Part shown: positions 17,711-25,812 of the stretch, one piece after another | Position numbering within the stretch: position 1 is the first letter of the stretch | Layout of the letters: every line of letters starts with the position of its first letter | Assembly: GCA_022448485.1 (NCBI GenBank) | Contig: JAKUUI010000003.1 | Location: forward strand, 3,156-67,155 | From: SAR324 cluster bacterium | GTDB lineage: Bacteria > SAR324 > NAC60-12 | Length of the DNA stretch: 64,000 nt | Reading direction: 5' to 3' | Program-made: the position numbers and the translations under genes | The notes under the pieces: generated by a model | What the model was told of the DNA's origin: nothing | The model's database searches: none | The model's input: the letters and a program-made list of their open reading frames with translations, nothing else

Positions 17711-20700
17711 ATGGAACTGTATGCTTCAATAAACGGAACCGCCTTGGCAGAACTGAATCCGAATGCGATCACCGGCTTGGGGTCAAAGCTGAATACAAAG
17801 GAGATCATCGATCGCTTTATGGCTATCGAGCAGCGCCGGATCAAGCCTGTGGAGACTCGTAAAGAACAGAAAGTAAGTGAGCTGGAAGCTTGGGATGCTG
17901 TAAAAATGGAGTTAAAAAAGCTCCAGGGTGTAACCGAAGCACTGAACAAGTATGAAATTTGGGAGGCTCGGAAAGTAGAAACCAGTGATCCGGATGTTGT
18001 GGAACCGCAAGCGCGGAAAGATTCCGTGCCGGGGAGGCATACGATGATAGTGGAATCAGTGGCCTTGTCGCATCAAATAACTTCGCAAGGATTCGAGCGT
18101 GACGACGTCCGGATTGGTACTGGAAAGATCCAGATTCAGGTTGGAGACGATGAAGATGAGACGCCTGTCACAATCAATCTGGCTGAAGGTAAAGATACAC
18201 TAGTTGATTTGAAGCAGGCCATCAACAACTCTGACGCTGGGGTGGAGGCCTATATTGCAAAAACACATGGCGAAAACCCATTTAGGCTGCTTTTAACCAG
18301 CGACACGAAAGGTGAGCAAGGACGAATTAATATAGACGTAAATCTTAAAGGCGGAGAAGTTAGCGGGCCGAGTTATCTAAACACATTTGATAAAACTTCC
18401 ACCTGGAAGGGGCTTCAGGCTAAGGAAGCAAAAAAAGCAGCAGGTGCTGGATTTGGCGGTTCAACAAATATAGTTGAAGTGGGAGGAACGTACTCTGGAG
18501 AAGAAGACAACATCTTTACGTTTACTGTAGAGCGTGCCGGAATGATTCCTTCTGAAGCCGGTGTACTCATTGTCTGGAAGGATATAAACGGCCGAGAGGG
18601 TGAAATAGAGATCAATAAGTTTAATTATGTTCCCGGAAGCCCGCTTGACGTGACGGACGGATTAAAATTGTTGATTAGTGACGGTGAACTTGTAGGTGGT
18701 GACAACTTTACTGTTGATGTTTCTGCAGAAAAATCCGATATGCTGTGGTGGCTGAGCGACGCAGAGCGTGCACCACAAATTTCACAACCATCCGACTGGA
18801 GCAGTAAGGCGTCAGAAGGAGGTGTTCGAGTTACCGGTACATACGATGGATTAGAAGATGATACTATCATTTTTAGGGTGGAGGGCAATGGACAGGTTGG
18901 TGGCCCGAGTCCACTGAAATTGCATTACGAATATTCTGAAACTGGAGAAAAAGGTTCTGTCAATATTGGACACCCTTATCTTGGAGAAGTTGGTAAAGAA
19001 GGACCATTTGATCAGGCTACTGCTTTTGACTCTGAAGATGGTGAAGAACTCTTCGATTTGGAGTTCAGTAAGAAAGGCCGTCGTGACCCAAAGCGTCTGC
19101 CTCTGGGACATGGATTATTTGTAGAAGTGAATCCCAGTGTTTTAAGGGACGGGGATAGTACGGATGTGGATGTAATTGCTCCAACTTCAGAAGATATGTG
19201 GTGGAGCGACGATGAACATCGTGGTGTTTCTAATAAAATTGATGTTCAAGCAAAGTGGATGACCTACGATGAGTATGAAGGAATTGATGAAGACGTAACG
19301 AGAAGTAAACTCGACGTTTCTGCTGGAGTCTGGGGGGCGTCAGGAGGTCTTAGCAATGCTCCCATAGAAATATCCGGTACATTTGAACCGGATATCGCTA
19401 AAACATATACTTTTAGAGTTGAGAAGAGGGGTACTGTCGGTATCACACGTGGCCTACAATTGAGATGGGAAGATACGTTTGGCGGCAACGGTTCTGTAGA
19501 AGTGGGTGAGGGCTATATTCCTGGGACCCCAATATTATTTGATGAGGGATTAAGACTGGCCCTTGGAAAAGGTGGTTTATATCCAGATGATTATTTTACT
19601 ATCTCAACAGAGACTTCAACTGTCAGACTGGCTCAAGATTTAGTCTTACGCCTTGGAGCCACCAGAAGTGGAGAAGGCCTGGAGGTAAGGCGTTCGGAAA
19701 ATGTGGCAAATGATGTGATCCCTGGACTCGATCTGGAGTTTTTTTCGTCCAGTGATGAACCCGTAACTGTATCTGTATTGGGTGACACAGAGGTAGCTAA
19801 AGAGCGCATTCATGATTTTGTAGATGCTTACAATACATTTCAGGCAACTGCAAAAGAAGTGTCAAAGTACGACAAGTCGACAAACACGGCTGCGCCTTTG
19901 TTAAGTGACAGGAATCTGGCTCAGATGGTCAATGAAATTGCGAACACAACAATTGCAACCGTAAGTGGGTTGCCGCAGTCGACTAATATGCTTTTTTCTA
20001 TTGGCCTGAAAATCGATGATAGAGGCCAGATGTCTATTGAAGAGAAAAAATTAAACGAAAAGATAGTTGATGCTTTTTCTGATGTTGCTAATTTATTCCG
20101 GAGTCATGGAAAAACAGATAATCCCGGAGTAAGTTTTCTGGGAATGACTGAAAAAACTAGGGTCAATCCCAGCGGTTACCAAGTGGACGTCTCGAATGCT
20201 GCTGAACGCGGATTCTATTTGGGAACTCCACTCCCCGGAATTATAAGAGTTGATGATACAAACAATGTTTTAATTATTAAAAATAACGGCAGGGTATCTG
20301 ATCCGATTGAATTGCGCAAGGACAACTATACTCTCGGCAGTCTGGCCAAAACCATCCAGAACCGTTTGATGGAAGACAAAGTTTTGGGACGCCGTAGATT
20401 ACAGGTTCGTGAAGAAGAAGGAAGGCTGATGATAATTTCGGGGACTTATGGAAGCAGCAGTACAATTGAGGTGGAGCCCGGCCCAGATAAGGAACTCAGC
20501 GGTTTGGGGCTGACAGATGGTGTCAGCACTCCGGGAGAGGATGTTGCAGGATCAATCGGGAATGTGGAAGCAACAGGCAGAGGACAATTGCTTATGGGAG
20601 CGGAAGATTCCAATGCTGACGGTTTGAGATTGTTCGTGACACTTAGCGAAGACGACCTGGTTAAGGAACAAGAGGCTACTGTGAATATTTCCAAAGGTGT

Positions 20701-20959
20701 AGCTGTTAAATTAGGTCAGAAACTTGATAAATTGAATGATCCTCTGGATGGTAATGTCAAGCGGGCTACAGATGATATAACTGGACAAATGAGTAGTTTT
20801 GAGGAGCAAATAAGCCGCTTAAACGAACGGGCCGATACTAAGCGTTCAAGGTTGCAGAGTAAATTTGCAAAACTGGACAGCACTATGGGAAGATTAAAAT
20901 CCCAACAAAACTATATCAACCAGCAACTCTCCGCAATGAGCGGAGCTAATAAGTCCTAA
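17711..20959 (+). CDS. fliD: Flagellar filament cap protein FliD (HAP2), unusually long (1082 aa)
   Basis: FliD-type N-terminus (ITGLGSKLNTKEIIDRFMAIEQRRIKPVETRKEQKVSELEAW) and C-terminus (RLNERADTKRSRLQSKFAKLDSTMGRLKSQQNYINQQL). Gene order is flagellin-fliD-fliS. The middle of the protein contains three tandem repeats. Confidence 0.88.
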   Translation: MELYASINGTALAELNPNAITGLGSKLNTKEIIDRFMAIEQRRIKPVETRKEQKVSELEAWDAVKMELKKLQGVTEALNKYEIWEARKVETSDPDVVEPQARKDSVPGRHTMIVESVALSHQITSQGFERDDVRIGTGKIQIQVGDDEDETPVTINLAEGKDTLVDLKQAINNSDAGVEAYIAKTHGENPFRLLLTSDTKGEQGRINIDVNLKGGEVSGPSYLNTFDKTSTWKGLQAKEAKKAAGAGFGGSTNIVEVGGTYSGEEDNIFTFTVERAGMIPSEAGVLIVWKDINGREGEIEINKFNYVPGSPLDVTDGLKLLISDGELVGGDNFTVDVSAEKSDMLWWLSDAERAPQISQPSDWSSKASEGGVRVTGTYDGLEDDTIIFRVEGNGQVGGPSPLKLHYEYSETGEKGSVNIGHPYLGEVGKEGPFDQATAFDSEDGEELFDLEFSKKGRRDPKRLPLGHGLFVEVNPSVLRDGDSTDVDVIAPTSEDMWWSDDEHRGVSNKIDVQAKWMTYDEYEGIDEDVTRSKLDVSAGVWGASGGLSNAPIEISGTFEPDIAKTYTFRVEKRGTVGITRGLQLRWEDTFGGNGSVEVGEGYIPGTPILFDEGLRLALGKGGLYPDDYFTISTETSTVRLAQDLVLRLGATRSGEGLEVRRSENVANDVIPGLDLEFFSSSDEPVTVSVLGDTEVAKERIHDFVDAYNTFQATAKEVSKYDKSTNTAAPLLSDRNLAQMVNEIANTTIATVSGLPQSTNMLFSIGLKIDDRGQMSIEEKKLNEKIVDAFSDVANLFRSHGKTDNPGVSFLGMTEKTRVNPSGYQVDVSNAAERGFYLGTPLPGIIRVDDTNNVLIIKNNGRVSDPIELRKDNYTLGSLAKTIQNRLMEDKVLGRRRLQVREEEGRLMIISGTYGSSSTIEVEPGPDKELSGLGLTDGVSTPGEDVAGSIGNVEATGRGQLLMGAEDSNADGLRLFVTLSEDDLVKEQEATVNISKGVAVKLGQKLDKLNDPLDGNVKRATDDITGQMSSFEEQISRLNERADTKRSRLQSKFAKLDSTMGRLKSQQNYINQQLSAMSGANKS

Positions 20960-20981
20960 AACTAATAATAACGGAGATGCG

Positions 20982-21449
20982 ATGAGTACCTATGGTAACT
21001 ACCAGAATGCCTATAAAAAGGCCTCTGTCAACACACTTGATCAAAATAAACTGATCATTATGCTCTATGATGGAGCCATAAAGAATGCCAGTTTTGCTGT
21101 TGAGCACATGAAATCAGAGGAAATAGAGAAGGTCCATGATTGTTTAATAAAAACTAAGAACATTGTGACCGAACTAATGGCAACCCTGAATATGGATCAT
21201 GGAGGTGATATCGCAAAAAATCTTCAGTCACTCTATAGCTACATGTTTAGCCAGCTGATTGAGGCAAACATGGAAAAAAAGCCTGAACCAGTTATTGTCG
21301 TAATAGATTTACTCAAGGAGTTGCGGGCGGCCTGGGTGCAAATTAATTCAAAAAAGAAACCAGGTGCAACAAAACAAAATGCTACTACACAAGGCATGAT
21401 GCAAAATAATCAGGAGAAAGCCGAGAAGCATATTAATGTGACGGGATAA
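20982..21449 (+). CDS. fliS: Flagellar export chaperone FliS
   Basis: 155 aa. YQNAYKKASVNTLDQNKLIIMLYDGAIK...LQSLYSYMFSQLIEAN is the FliS pattern. It lies directly after fliD. Confidence 0.88.
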   Translation: MSTYGNYQNAYKKASVNTLDQNKLIIMLYDGAIKNASFAVEHMKSEEIEKVHDCLIKTKNIVTELMATLNMDHGGDIAKNLQSLYSYMFSQLIEANMEKKPEPVIVVIDLLKELRAAWVQINSKKKPGATKQNATTQGMMQNNQEKAEKHINVTG

Positions 21450-21642
21450 ACTTTGGGAAAATTGACTTGGTTGCCAGATAAAAAGGTATCATTTACACAA
21501 GCTAGGGATGTCAGGAGCTCGCATTACGCATTAAATGAAATATGAGATTTCTGCTCTCTGGTCATTTCGGCGATAAACTTTGCAGGAATGACAACGAAGA
21601 GTAGTGTTAGACTTTTTTCAAGACTCTCAATTAGAGAGGAGA

Positions 21643-21815
21643 AAAATAGAATAAATTCAAGTTAAAGCCAAAGGATAGCAAACTGCTATTTTTTGGCTTT
21701 GTTGTCTAAAGTATTGATTCAGCAGGAATAACCCGGCTGCAAACTGCACATGTGGGCCGCAACTGTTTGAGTTGCAGGTGTTTCTGAGGCATGTACTGTT
21801 TGTCAGCTGGGTTTT
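21643..21815 (+). repeat. Repeat family R1, copy 1 (two-hairpin element)
   Basis: By eye about 80-85% identical to 22951..23120. Hairpin 1 is 21664-21700 (AAAGCCAAAGGATAGCA/TGCTATTTTTTGGCTTT). Hairpin 2 is 21731-21812: outer stem CCCGGCTG/CAGCTGGG, middle stem GCACATG/CATGTAC, inner stem GCAACT/AGTTGC. Confidence 0.85.
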
Positions 21816-21935
21816 ACCTCAGAAGAAAAAACGAACTTTTGGTTTGAGATTGTTCTAACATAGTGTGACTGGAATTAATGTAGCAGCAAATTAGGCCGTG
21901 AAAATACTGCCTTAATTTAAAAAAATTATAAGAGA

Positions 21936-22562
21936 ATGGGTAATTGGCATGAGGCTGAGGTATCTTTGCGCCAGGCGGACTCTATAATTGCCGGAATAAT
22001 TGAACATACCGGGCCTTGTGAATTGATAAAGCATGAAGGAGGATTTGCCGGGTTGGCAAGTTCCATCATTGGACAGCAACTCTCAAATCAAGTTGCAAAA
22101 ATAATCCGGGCAAGGTTCCGGAAGCTCTTTGAAAATGAACTGCCTGATCCCAGGTATTTACTGAAACTAGATGATTCTGTCTTGAGAAAGGCAGGATTGT
22201 CTTTCCAGAAAATCAAATACCTGCGTGGTTTGGCGCAATGGTTGGATAGTGGTGAGCTGGATTTTTCTGCATTGGCAAAGATGGATGACGAAATTGCAAT
22301 TCAGCAACTTGTCCTAGTGAAAGGCATTGGACGCTGGACTGCTGAAATGTATTTAATGTTCAGCTTGAATCGTCCGGATCTGTTGCCTTTGGATGATGCG
22401 GCTCTTGAGGCCGCATTGAAACGGCTCTATGATCTTCCGGAAAAAGGTTGGAAAGAGCTGGCTGTTTCGATTGCAGAAAAATGGAGACCGTGGCGGACTG
22501 TAGCTTGCTGGTATCTCTACCGATATCACAAATTGGTGAAAAACGGAGAGGCTCCGTTCTGA
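21936..22562 (+). CDS. DNA-3-methyladenine glycosylase II-like (HhH-GPD family, AlkA-like)
   Basis: 208 aa. HhH motif LVKGIGRWTAEMYLMF followed by the Asp-containing LLPLDD, and a C-terminal WRPWRTVACWYLY. Confidence 0.78.
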   Translation: MGNWHEAEVSLRQADSIIAGIIEHTGPCELIKHEGGFAGLASSIIGQQLSNQVAKIIRARFRKLFENELPDPRYLLKLDDSVLRKAGLSFQKIKYLRGLAQWLDSGELDFSALAKMDDEIAIQQLVLVKGIGRWTAEMYLMFSLNRPDLLPLDDAALEAALKRLYDLPEKGWKELAVSIAEKWRPWRTVACWYLYRYHKLVKNGEAPF

Positions 22563-22574
22563 AATCTCCATCTT

Positions 22575-22945
22575 GTTGAAATTAGAGGGCTACTTAATTG
22601 GTGGGAACCTCTGTTGATCTTTGAAAATTGAATAATCAACTAATCCTCATGCGGGAATCCCTGTCAAATGGGATAAACGCCAGCTGCTTAGCAAACCAGG
22701 CCGGTGGGCTATATTTTTCTGAATATAACTGTTCGGATCAATGTGTCTTCACTACATCCTGAAAATCTACTGCAGCAGGAGTGTTGTTTTTCATACTGCG
22801 GCCTGTGATTATGCGGTTAGTTGCTACATGACGGAAGTAGAAAACGAACATTTTACTCTGAAGCAAAATGCCAGATGATGGCCCTTTGCTTGGATAGTCA
22901 GGTGAAGAATTGGATCTTGAATAGAAAACCAATCACTGAAAAGAC
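22575..22945 (+). repeat. Repeat family R2, copy A: conserved intergenic module plus a decayed, truncated 5' fragment of a DUF1835 gene
   Basis: Aligns with 24040..24420. Shared blocks are GTTGAAATTAGA, TTAATTG, TCTGTTG.TCTT.GAAAATT, GTCAA, CTATATTTT and TTCGGAT.AATGT. From ATG 22741 the sequence is homologous to the DUF1835 N-terminus (SV...D.A; LHDG), with at least one frameshift. Homology stops where R1 copy 2 begins. Confidence 0.75.
22688..22715 (+). promoter_or_regulatory. Putative sigma-70-type promoter inside R2 copy A
   Basis: TTAGCA-N16-TATATT. The equivalent position in R2 copy B carries TTGAAT-N18-TATATT. Confidence 0.3.
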
Positions 22946-22950
22946 CCTAC

Positions 22951-23120
22951 AAATAGAAACAAAGCTAAAGCCAAAGTATAGCTCACTGCTATACTTTGGC
23001 TTTGTTGTTTAACAAATTGGATCAAGCCAGAATTACCCGGCTGCAAGCCGCACATGTTGGCCGCAACTGTTTTGAGTTGCAGCTTTTTCTGAGGCATGTG
23101 CTGTTTGTCAGCCGGGTATT
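22951..23120 (+). repeat. Repeat family R1, copy 2
   Basis: Hairpin 1 is 22967-23003 (AAAGCCAAAGTATAGC/GCTATACTTTGGCTTT, perfectly paired). Hairpin 2 is 23035-23117 (CCCGGCTG/CAGCCGGG, GCACATG/CATGTGC, GCAACT/AGTTGC). The stems are better paired than in copy 1. Confidence 0.85.
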
Positions 23121-23520
23121 ATCCGGCAGATAAAATTGTCAGGGAGAAATATGTCTGCTCGGCAATGGATTGAAATAGATAGTTATATAGAAAATTGTTG
23201 AGATGCCCTGCAATACTATTTAAAGCTGTTTTTAGGTGTTAACTGCTAAGAACTGAGCCTACCAACAATTGGGAAAGTTAGAAGCATAGAGCCTGGTTGT
23301 CCAAGTGCCTGACTCATGCTGGTATGGTTTTGGGTGCTTGACCTGACCAACTTCATTTTGCTATAAAAGCAAATAGATTTACGGCTTGATGTGAGATTTA
23401 TGGTTTGCACCGTCGATGGAATTAGTACTTTATCTTGGATTGTTGTAAGTATAAAAGTAGGTTGATTTAGGCCTTGTGAACTGAGCCTGTAAAAACCGTA
23501 ATTTAATTGGAGCGTGATTT

Positions 23521-24008
23521 ATGAAAATATACGTAGGAACATTGTCTCCAGATGACGGCCAAGAGTGGAAAAATTTATATCGTGGATATGCCGAGTTTCA
23601 CTATGATCCCATGAATAACGAAATTCTCGACACTGTCTGGAATTAGATTTTTGATGAAGACGAAGCATTCTATGATTTGGTAGCTAATAATGAAGAGAAG
23701 CGTCCTGTCGGTCTCATGCACTTCCGGGAAATGGCCTCACCTTTAAGAGGCAAAAATGTAGGTTTTTTAGATGACCTTTTTGTAGTCCCTCGGAGTCACG
23801 TGGAACAGGAGTAGAAGGCGAAATGTTTCAAAAATTAACTGCGAAATCCACCGACAATGGATGGCCTTTTGTGCGCTAGATAAAGGCGGAAGACAACTAT
23901 CGTGGCCGAGGTGTTTATGATCGAATCGCTGAAAATACAAAATAGGTGACATACCAACATGAATGTTTGATCTCAAAATCTTTGTTGCTGTCACAAAACG
24001 TCCGATGA
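23521..24008 (+). pseudogene. GNAT-family N-acetyltransferase, disrupted by three in-frame TAG codons and one frameshift
   Basis: My translation is MKIYVGTLSPDDGQEWKNLYRGYAEFHYDPMNNEILDTVWN*IFDEDEAFYDLVANNEEKRPVGLMHFREMASPLRGKNVGFLDDLFVVP, then a frame change near 23790, then ESRGTGVEGEMFQKLTAKSTDNGWPFVR*IKAEDNYRGRGVYDRIAENTK*VTYQHE... The TAGs are at 23644, 23877 and 23943. GNAT motif A (RGTGVG-like) is present. Confidence 0.7.
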
Positions 24009-24039
24009 AGACAGAGTGGTGCTGCCTAAATAATATACT

Positions 24040-24420
24040 GTTGAAATTAGAACCTTTTTTAATTGAATGAGGTTCTGTTGCTCTTGGAAAATTTAATCAG
24101 GTACATCTCCGCTCGTGGAGAACTCCGTCAAGAACGGCCTTCACTGAATATTGAATGAACAAAGCGGGTTGGACTATATTTTGTCTATAAGATATTCTTT
24201 CGGATAAATGTTTTTCAACACTGGTGAAATCAGTTTTGAGGAGAGTGTCTTGCTGTATATTGTGAGTGGAGATTGCGCCATCGAAGCATTAAGAGATTCC
24301 GAAATTGAAGGGGATTTTCCTTCCTAGATGGTTGTACTTCATGATGGACCCGTGCCTGAAGGACTGCGTCTTGAGGAACTCTCTAATATTCGAGCTAAGT
24401 TCATTGCAGAATGTGATTGG
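24040..24420 (+). repeat. Repeat family R2, copy B (intergenic module plus the 5' end of the full-length DUF1835 gene)
   Basis: See copy A. Hairpin AGAACCT/AGGTTCT is at 24049-24076 and the palindrome GGAGAACTCC is at 24117-24126. The distance from GTTGAA to the ATG is 168 nt, against 166 nt in copy A. Confidence 0.75.
24151..24180 (+). promoter_or_regulatory. Putative sigma-70-type promoter inside R2 copy B (upstream of the DUF1835 gene)
   Basis: TTGAAT-N18-TATATT, with the -10 element ending 28 nt before ATG 24208. Confidence 0.3.
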
Positions 24421-25242
24421 GATTCTCTTGAAAATGCTAAGGACTCTTTTCGGAAAATGGACCTTGTTTTCCATAATTGTCACAAATACGACGAAGTGGT
24501 ACTTTGGAACAGCTTTGAATTGTTCGATCAGCTTCATCTGCTGCAGTTGTTAGATTGTTTTGCCTACAAGCAGGAAGTCTCTCAGCGCTTGAGTATTATT
24601 TTTATTGATGAGTACCTGTGGCAGGCTACTTCTGAGTCCCAGCTGGAGAGGCTTGGAAAGAGAGAACCAGTTTCTGAAAAACAACTCGTTCTTGGACAAC
24701 TTAGCTGGACTGCTTTTACTGCTCCAACACCTGAATTGATGCTTGAACTGATGCAGGAATGCACCTCGGTTTTACCATTTTTGCAGAACGCACTGTTCCG
24801 CCTTTTTGAGGAATTTCCCGCAGAGTGGAGCGGTCTGCCCCAGACAGAGCATTGCATTTTAGAGCAAGTAAGAGGTGGAATCTCCTAGCTCGTCAGTTTG
24901 TTTTCTGCAGTTCAAGCAGAGGAACCGGCCCGTTTTATGGGGGATTGGTCTTTTTGGAAACGCGTGCGCAGGCTCGTAGAATCTCCTCGGCCATTATTGG
25001 AATTGGAGGGCGATGTCCATTTTTATGAACCTCCAAAGACTCCTTTTCCTGATCCGGTTTTCGGGAAATTTGATGCTCAGGTGACAGGTTTAGGAATTGA
25101 GATCCTGGATAATAATGTGGATTGGCTCAGACAAAATCCACATGATTATTGGATTGGTGGGGTCCATCTTCATCCCGGTAATGATTGGAGATGGAATGCG
25201 GAGCGTATACAATTTTTAATAAAAGAACGGAGTTCTATGTGA
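24208..25242 (+). pseudogene. DUF1835/DUF3658-type protein gene: one reading frame interrupted by two in-frame TAG codons
   Basis: ATG 24208 gives MFFNTGEISFEESVLLYIVSGDCAIEALRDSEIEGDFPS, then TAG (24325-24327). Track ORF 24328..24888 follows, ending in TAG (24886-24888). Track ORF 24898..25242 continues in the same frame. Family hallmarks as I remember them are VVLWNSFELFDQLHLLQLLDCFA, LPFLQNALFRLFEEFP and FMGDWSFW. Confidence 0.65.
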
Positions 25243-25269
25243 AAGGAACTTTTCCGTCTTGGCTCCGGC

Positions 25270-25794
25270 ATGCACATTCAAGTCAGGTATAGAATGAATG
25301 TACGAAATAGTGAACCGGAAACAATTTGGCATCTTGAAATGCTGCATCCGGAGGAATTATGCGCAAGAGTGCTGCCTCCGGAAACTCAATTGGTGAAGCA
25401 AGAAATTCCTTTGCCAGATTTGAACCGCTTTTTTTACCTGGAAGTGGGCAAGTTGTGGCAATGGACGGATCGTCTCTTGTGGACTGAAGAACAGTGGCGG
25501 AACTGGGTAGAGCGTGAAGCTCTTCAGACCTGGATGTTGCTTTTTCATGGCACTCCCGCCGGTTATTTTGAATTGAATTCCCTTGATGGGGCAGTTGAAA
25601 TTGCTTATTTTGGCTTACTGCCATTGTTTATTGGTAAAGGGTTAGGTGGCGGATTGTTGTCCGCAGCCGTTGAGAAAGCATGGGGGATGAACGCAAAGCG
25701 GGTTTGGGTACATACCTGCAGCCTCGATCATCCTTATGCCTTGAAGAATTATCAAGCTCGAGGCTTTCAAATTTATCGTGAAAGCCCTGCTTAA
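25270..25794 (+). CDS. GNAT-family acetyltransferase (intact)
   Basis: 174 aa with motif A region LLPLFIGKGLGGGLLSAAVEKAW. It starts 27 nt after the DUF1835 stop. The start could also be ATG 25294. Confidence 0.75.
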   Translation: MHIQVRYRMNVRNSEPETIWHLEMLHPEELCARVLPPETQLVKQEIPLPDLNRFFYLEVGKLWQWTDRLLWTEEQWRNWVEREALQTWMLLFHGTPAGYFELNSLDGAVEIAYFGLLPLFIGKGLGGGLLSAAVEKAWGMNAKRVWVHTCSLDHPYALKNYQARGFQIYRESPA

Positions 25795-25812
25795 TAATGC
25801 TAAGCCGCCGTT

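Noticed and set aside
22831-22840. ACGGAAGTAG, reminiscent of the conserved core of glutamine riboswitches
   Set aside because: I could not find the flanking P1 pairing (CGUUC…GGAACG). The segment aligns to the coding sequence for LHDG in the decayed DUF1835 fragment, so the match is coincidental.
22738-23012. Track ORFs 22738..22932 (minus strand) and 22821..23012 (plus strand)
   Set aside because: The plus-strand ORF is the frameshifted remnant of the DUF1835 5' fragment read through into the R1 hairpin. The minus-strand ORF is antisense to it. Neither is a credible intact gene.
23644-24888. Pyrrolysine or a genome-wide reassignment of TAG
   Set aside because: TAG terminates conserved genes at their normal ends (flagellin 2 at 30022-30024, and the ORF ending at 42913). 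The affected genes are not methylamine methyltransferases, and no pyl genes are visible. The all-amber pattern is kept as a finding, but not this explanation.
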